Below, piece after piece: positions 27,392 to 32,000 of a DNA stretch of 32,000 bases (its first letter is position 1; every line of letters begins with the position of its first letter). This DNA comes from an uncultured Ruminococcus sp. (lineage in GTDB: Bacteria > Bacillota > Clostridia > Oscillospirales > Acutalibacteraceae). The position numbers were made by a program, and so were the translations under genes. The stretch covers positions 9,561 through 41,560 of the forward strand of contig CACYCV010000161.1 in NCBI GenBank assembly GCA_902772955.1. Reading direction: 5' to 3'. The notes beneath the pieces were generated by a model. It saw only the letters and a list, made by a program, of their open reading frames with translations. It was not told the DNA's origin and did no database searches.

Positions 27392-28576
27392 ATGTCAAAA
27401 GGAAGATTCGGCGCACACGGCGGACAGTATATTCCGGAAACGTTGATGAATGCTGTCATTGAACTGGATGACGCTTATCATCACTATAAAAACGATCCGG
27501 ATTTTCAGCGAGAGCTTTCCGATTTGTTCAATCAATATGCCGGAAGGCCCTCCCTGCTTTATTATGCGGAAAAAATGACCGGAGAGCTGGGAGGGGCAAA
27601 GATTTATCTCAAGCGGGAGGATCTCAACCATACCGGCGCCCACAAAATCAACAATGTACTGGGACAGGCCTTATTGGCTAAAAAAATGGGAAAAACCAGA
27701 CTGATAGCCGAAACAGGAGCCGGACAACACGGTGTGGCAACGGCTACAGCAGCTGCCCTGATGGGAATGGAATGTGTGGTTTTCATGGGCGAGGAGGATA
27801 CCAAGCGGCAGGCGTTGAATGTATATAAAATGAAGCTGCTGGGTGCCGAGGTAGTTCCTGTCAAAACGGGAACCGCAACCCTCAAGGATGCGGTCAGCGA
27901 AACCATGCGGGAGTGGACCAACCGGATTGCAGATACCCATTATTGTCTTGGTTCTGTCATGGGTCCTCATCCCTTCCCTACGATTGTCCGTGATTTCCAG
28001 GCTGTCATCTCCAAGGAGATCAAGGAGCAGATGCTGGAAAAAGAGGGACGTCTGCCGGATGTTGTGATGGCCTGTGTGGGCGGCGGATCCAATGCAATTG
28101 GCAGCTTTTATCACTTTATCGAGAACAAGGAGGTTCGTCTGATCGGCTGTGAAGCAGCCGGAAGAGGAATTGATACCTTTGAAACGGCCGCTACGATTAA
28201 TACCGGAAAACCCGGTATTTTCCATGGAATGAAGTCCTATTTCTGCCAGGACGACCATGGGCAGATTGCACCGGTGTATTCCATCTCGGCAGGCTTGGAT
28301 TATCCCGGTGTCGGTCCGGAACACGCTTATTTATACGATACGGGCAGAGCAGAATATGTGGCCATTACAGATGATGAAGCGGTGAATGCTTTTGAGTATC
28401 TTTCTAAAACGGAAGGAATCATTCCGGCGATTGAGTCGTCTCATGCCATTGCTTACGCTATGCAGCTTGCACCAACTATGAAAAAGGATCAGACGATTGT
28501 GATTACGGTTTCGGGCAGAGGTGACAAGGACTGTGCCGCTATTGCCCGCTACAGAGGAGAAGATATCTATGAGTAA
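27392..28576 (+). CDS. trpB: Tryptophan synthase beta subunit
   Basis: [53 protein letters not shown] and SGRGDKD. Confidence 0.97.
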   Translation: MSKGRFGAHGGQYIPETLMNAVIELDDAYHHYKNDPDFQRELSDLFNQYAGRPSLLYYAEKMTGELGGAKIYLKREDLNHTGAHKINNVLGQALLAKKMGKTRLIAETGAGQHGVATATAAALMGMECVVFMGEEDTKRQALNVYKMKLLGAEVVPVKTGTATLKDAVSETMREWTNRIADTHYCLGSVMGPHPFPTIVRDFQAVISKEIKEQMLEKEGRLPDVVMACVGGGSNAIGSFYHFIENKEVRLIGCEAAGRGIDTFETAATINTGKPGIFHGMKSYFCQDDHGQIAPVYSISAGLDYPGVGPEHAYLYDTGRAEYVAITDDEAVNAFEYLSKTEGIIPAIESSHAIAYAMQLAPTMKKDQTIVITVSGRGDKDCAAIARYRGEDIYE

Positions 28577-29363
28577 AATACAAAAAGCATTTGAAAACGG
28601 AAAAGCCTTTATCCCCTTCATCACCTGTGGGGATCCTGATCTGGCCACAACAGAAGCCGCTGTCCGTGAAGCCGTAAAAAACGGAGCCGATCTGATTGAA
28701 TTGGGAATTCCTTTTTCGGATCCCACCGCAGAAGGCCCCGTCATACAGGCGGCTAATCTTCGTGCTTTGAAGGGCGGCATTCATACGGAGTTGATTTTTG
28801 ATTTTGTCCGTCACCTTCGAAAGAACATTACGATTCCTCTGGTATTTATGACCTATGCCAATGTGGTATTTTCCTATGGCTCAGAAAGGTTTATGAAGAC
28901 CTGTGCAGAGGTCGGCATTGACGGGGTGATTCTGCCGGATATTCCTTATGAGGAGAAGGATGAGTTTCTTCCCTACTGTCATCAATATGGTGTGGATCTG
29001 ATCTCACTGATTGCTCCGACCTCAGAAAACCGGATCGGGATGATTGCCAAGGATGCGGAAGGATTTATTTATCTGGTTTCGAGTCTTGGCGTGACAGGTG
29101 TACGGAATGAAATCAACACAGACCTGGAATCCATGATGAAGACCATTCGCCAGTACACGAATCTGCCCTGTGCAATCGGGTTTGGCATATCGTCACCGGA
29201 ACAGGCCAAAAAGATGGCAGCCATCGCGGACGGTGTCATTGTAGGCTCCGCTATTGTACGGCTTTTGGAGCAATACGGCACAAAAGCGGCTCCTGTCGTT
29301 GGACAGTTTACAAAAGAAATAAAGGAAGCGGTTCTATCCACCGGCACCCAGAATCCTCCGTGA
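28569..29363 (+). CDS. trpA: Tryptophan synthase alpha subunit
   Basis: [48 protein letters not shown] and [21 protein letters not shown] overlap with trpB. Confidence 0.96.
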   Translation: MSKIQKAFENGKAFIPFITCGDPDLATTEAAVREAVKNGADLIELGIPFSDPTAEGPVIQAANLRALKGGIHTELIFDFVRHLRKNITIPLVFMTYANVVFSYGSERFMKTCAEVGIDGVILPDIPYEEKDEFLPYCHQYGVDLISLIAPTSENRIGMIAKDAEGFIYLVSSLGVTGVRNEINTDLESMMKTIRQYTNLPCAIGFGISSPEQAKKMAAIADGVIVGSAIVRLLEQYGTKAAPVVGQFTKEIKEAVLSTGTQNPP

Positions 29364-29444
29364 TCCTTCTGAAAGGGAACTGACAGTCTGATGTCGGAAA
29401 AATGAAAAGCAACAGATTCAGTAAAACAGTCGGCGAAGTGCGCG

Positions 29445-29610
29445 TGACCCCGCGGGACAATTCGCGGTAGCGCTCCACTCCGGCGGGTGACCCCGCGGGA
29501 CAATTCGCGGTAGCGCTCCACTCCGGCGGGTGACCCCGCGGGACAATTCGCGGCAGCGCTCCACTCCGGCGGGTGACCCCGCAGGACGATTCGCGGCAGC
29601 GCTCCACTCC
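29445..29610. repeat. Tandem repeat array, 43-bp unit, about 3.9 copies
   Basis: Unit TGACCCCGCGGGACAATTCGCGGTAGCGCTCCACTCCGGCGGG starts at 29445, 29488, 29531 and 29574. The last copy diverges and is truncated. Confidence 0.95.
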
Positions 29611-29654
29611 GTTCCGCTCGATTTTGCCGTGTCTATACTTTTTGGCCGCGACTT

Positions 29655-29699
29655 CCACCCCACACGACGCTTACGCGCCGCTTTGGGGTGGTTCTTTTT
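29655..29699 (+). terminator. Hairpin CCACCCCA...TTGGGGTGG followed by TTCTTTTTT; probable trp operon terminator
   Basis: Outer arms at 29655-29662 and 29683-29691 with partial inner GC pairing, then a T-rich run. Confidence 0.7.
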
Positions 29700-29985
29700 T
29701 GATCGGAAGGACTGGGGTGGTTACATTCTGACCGGGCATTTTTCCCAGAATTATTTTACACTGAACTTCGGAGGAGGAAAATCCCTTTGCCGGCTGTTTT
29801 ATTATTAAAAGCGTTGCTTTCAACAAGCAACGACAAACCGCAGACTTGCCGGACAACTCTGACAAAGGCAGAAGCGCCGACCGAACTGACAGACGAGACC
29901 CGGGAAATACTCTTTGCGGTTAAATATATCCATTTTAGCTTTTTTAATTTTTTCCTTTTTTACTAAAATCTTTACAAAAATTCTA

Positions 29986-30013
29986 TTGATTTCTTATAAT
30001 ATTGTGATATAAT
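29986..30013 (+). promoter_or_regulatory. Candidate sigma-A promoter for the terminal large ORF
   Basis: TTGATT (29986-29991), 16 nt, TATAAT (30008-30013). Confidence 0.55.
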
Positions 30014-30058
30014 TGTAGTGAGTATGAAAAATACCATTTGCTTGCAAAGGGGGATATT

Positions 30059-32000
30059 ATGGACTTTAAATCATACGTTCAGAGCGTTGTTCAGTCCTAT
30101 GTGGAGAAACAAAACCGCAACGTCATTTTTATTAAACATTATAATACCCTCGATATCAGCAAAGAAGAACTTCTTGCCCGCGTTCAGGATTCCGGCGATA
30201 AGGTCTTTCTTTATCATGAATATGCGATGCACAGTATGCATCCGACCTATGACCCTTTTTTGCAGTGGATCTCTCAGTGCTATGAGGACTATTACAAGGA
30301 TCGTATTTCCGTCGAGGACTTTCTGAGGGAATGCCATGTCTATTCCCTTCATGTTGAGCCTCTGGCCGATTATATTCGCAGCAGGACCTGTCACCGGAAA
30401 GAAGATGTTCTGTATTTTGAAATCCAGTATGAAAGCTACCGGATGCTGCAGAGTATTATTTCTATCCTGCAATATATTTCCAAGGAGCATCATCTGATTC
30501 TGATTCTATGCAAGTTCCATCTGGCGCCCTACAGTACCATTCAGCTTTTTCGTTCTTTTATCGAGCAGTCGGTGGGAATTCATGCAATTCTGATGTATAA
30601 TGATGAATTTCTGATGGCTGATTACAAAAAAGGTGTCTGGAGCGATTTGCTTCAATCGGCAGCAGACCAGAATCTTCAACTGGAATGGGGCAGCATGAAC
30701 AGCGAACGTACCATGGACGTTCAGGACGAATTCCTTTTTGATAAGTCCAGTGCAGAGGATTATCTGCTGCGGCTGAGAAATATGATCTATACCTTTTCCC
30801 TGCAGGATGCCAACTACTATGTCGGCAATATTATGAACCGGATTGAAGAAAAAACGATTCGTCTGAAACAGGATCAGTATCTGCGTTTTTTGGCGCTCAC
30901 GGCGATGATCGATATGAATCTCAGACAGGTCAATCACGCGCTTGTACTGTGCGATAAAATGATTTCTGTAAAAAGCTTGCCTGAAATGGAACCCATGCTA
31001 AGGTATTCGGTTTATTATGTTTGTGCAAGAGCAAAAATGATTGCTTCTCAGACCAAGGAAGTTGAGAAATATTGCCAGAAATGCGTGGAGATTGCTGAAG
31101 AACTGGAGGATAAGTATCTTGCCTGCCGGGCCGAAGTTATCCTATGGTCAACCTATTGCAGTTTTGGAAGAGAATTTTTTGAATATGATTTCAATTACCG
31201 GCCGGATCCTAAAGTTGTCGAAAAGGTGTCCGCCTTTGGTTTCCGGAATTTTCTTGCCTATTATTATGTCTTTTCCTATGAAAATGAAAGTGAAACCATT
31301 CGTGCGATTGCCGATGGAACAAAAAAGCCCTATTATTTTGATTTAGGGATCCGGATTGGCACCGAGTTAGGAAATGATAATTTCCTGCTGCATGCCTATA
31401 TGAAGAATATCGTCTTATATTCCCGTGCGGGATACCATCGTCTGGTTCGGGAAATGTATATCAAGCGTCTTGCAGTTCTGCGGAAGCCAAATCCGCTGAG
31501 AGAATCACACATGTTAGCGGGCCTTGGTTATAACAGTATCATTCTGGAGGATTTTGAAACTGCCCATAAGGATCTGAGACAGAGTGTTTTGAATCTGACT
31601 GAGCTGGAAGCGCCGGATGACGTCATGAATTCCCTGTACAATCTGGCAATGAATTATTTTGTGGCGGAAAATTATCAGTGTACCGTCACTACAATTGAAC
31701 TGATCATCAAAATGCTGAAGGAAATGGGATATCATTCCATTACGGCCTGCAGCACGATCAAGCTTTATGCCTTAATCGCAGCCGGCTGTTATTATCTGAA
31801 GGAATACTATAACAGCTATTACTATCTTAGCAAGATGGAGCTGATAGTGGAACACATGGTCTTGGTGTTAAAGACGACCAGTGAAGACTCCTGGGATGAA
31901 GACCTGCTGCTGTATCATCTTATAAAGGGAATGCTGTATAATTATGAAAATAATGATGTGCTTTGCCAGAAGGAATTTGACGTTCTCAAGGGTATTCTGA
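30059..32000 (+). CDS. Large helical-repeat (TPR-like) protein with a STAND/AAA-like N-terminus lacking a P-loop; truncated at window end
   Basis: Manual translation from ATG 30059 (after AAGGGGG) is open for 647 codons to the window edge: MDFKSYVQSVVQSYVEKQNRNVIFIKHYNTLDISKEELL...HLILILCKFHLAPYSTIQLFRSF...then helix-pair repeats. The ORF is absent from the supplied track. Confidence 0.8.
   Translation, partial: MDFKSYVQSVVQSYVEKQNRNVIFIKHYNTLDISKEELLARVQDSGDKVFLYHEYAMHSMHPTYDPFLQWISQCYEDYYKDRISVEDFLRECHVYSLHVEPLADYIRSRTCHRKEDVLYFEIQYESYRMLQSIISILQYISKEHHLILILCKFHLAPYSTIQLFRSFIEQSVGIHAILMYNDEFLMADYKKGVWSDLLQSAADQNLQLEWGSMNSERTMDVQDEFLFDKSSAEDYLLRLRNMIYTFSLQDANYYVGNIMNRIEEKTIRLKQDQYLRFLALTAMIDMNLRQVNHALVLCDKMISVKSLPEMEPMLRYSVYYVCARAKMIASQTKEVEKYCQKCVEIAEELEDKYLACRAEVILWSTYCSFGREFFEYDFNYRPDPKVVEKVSAFGFRNFLAYYYVFSYENESETIRAIADGTKKPYYFDLGIRIGTELGNDNFLLHAYMKNIVLYSRAGYHRLVREMYIKRLAVLRKPNPLRESHMLAGLGYNSIILEDFETAHKDLRQSVLNLTELEAPDDVMNSLYNLAMNYFVAENYQCTVTTIELIIKMLKEMGYHSITACSTIKLYALIAAGCYYLKEYYNSYYYLSKMELIVEHMVLVLKTTSEDSWDEDLLLYHLIKGMLYNYENNDVLCQKEFDVLKGIL

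Noticed and set aside
24960-28780. Many antisense ORFs across trpD-trpA (e.g. 27671..28324 minus, 217 aa)
   Set aside because: The sense strand encodes complete, highly conserved tryptophan enzymes. The antisense ORFs are shadow frames.
29445-29610. Possible CRISPR array
   Set aside because: Units of 43 bp abut head to tail with no unique spacers between them, and no cas genes are in the window.
29069-29808. Minus-strand ORFs (ERYRELSRGVTRRSGALPRIVPRG...) and plus-strand ORF 29530..29808
   Set aside because: They are translations of the tandem repeat and antisense of trpA, with no RBS or recognisable family; low-complexity artefacts.
29812-29832. Small inverted repeat CGTTGCTT-tcaac-AAGCAACG
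   Set aside because: 8-bp arms without a U-tract or associated gene boundary; too weak to assign a function.

Overview
This 32 kb window is chromosomal DNA, most likely from a Bacillota (Firmicutes) bacterium: consensus TTGACA/TATAAT promoters, AGGAGG ribosome-binding sites, U-tailed terminators and a T-box leader. From left to right it holds: the 3' end of htpG; a secreted or membrane trypsin-like protease with a C-terminal FHA domain; a complete preQ1 operon on the minus strand (queD-queE-folE-queC-queF) behind a consensus promoter and a leader with a perfect terminator hairpin; a glgB-like branching enzyme; a TetR-like regulator; a beta-lactamase-family lipoprotein; a GT2 glycosyltransferase; two small accessory genes; a ten-gene minus-strand cluster (about 22.4 to 12.0 kb); a T-box-controlled trpEGDCFBA operon; a 43-bp tandem repeat array; and the 5' part of a large ORF, open to the window end, that looks like a STAND/AAA-helical-repeat protein without its P-loop. 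The best candidate for an undescribed system is the ten-gene cluster. It encodes an AMP-ligase fused to a carrier domain, two PlsC-like acyltransferases, a second AMP-ligase, a stand-alone ACP, an LRAT-like (H..NCEHF) protein with a faintly PPTase-like C-terminus, membrane-anchored alpha/beta hydrolases (one with GxCxG in place of GxSxG), and a FakB/DegV plus FakA-like pair. I read it as a dedicated fatty-acyl activation, carrier and transfer pathway. Product names come from motif and family recognition by eye. No database search was run.
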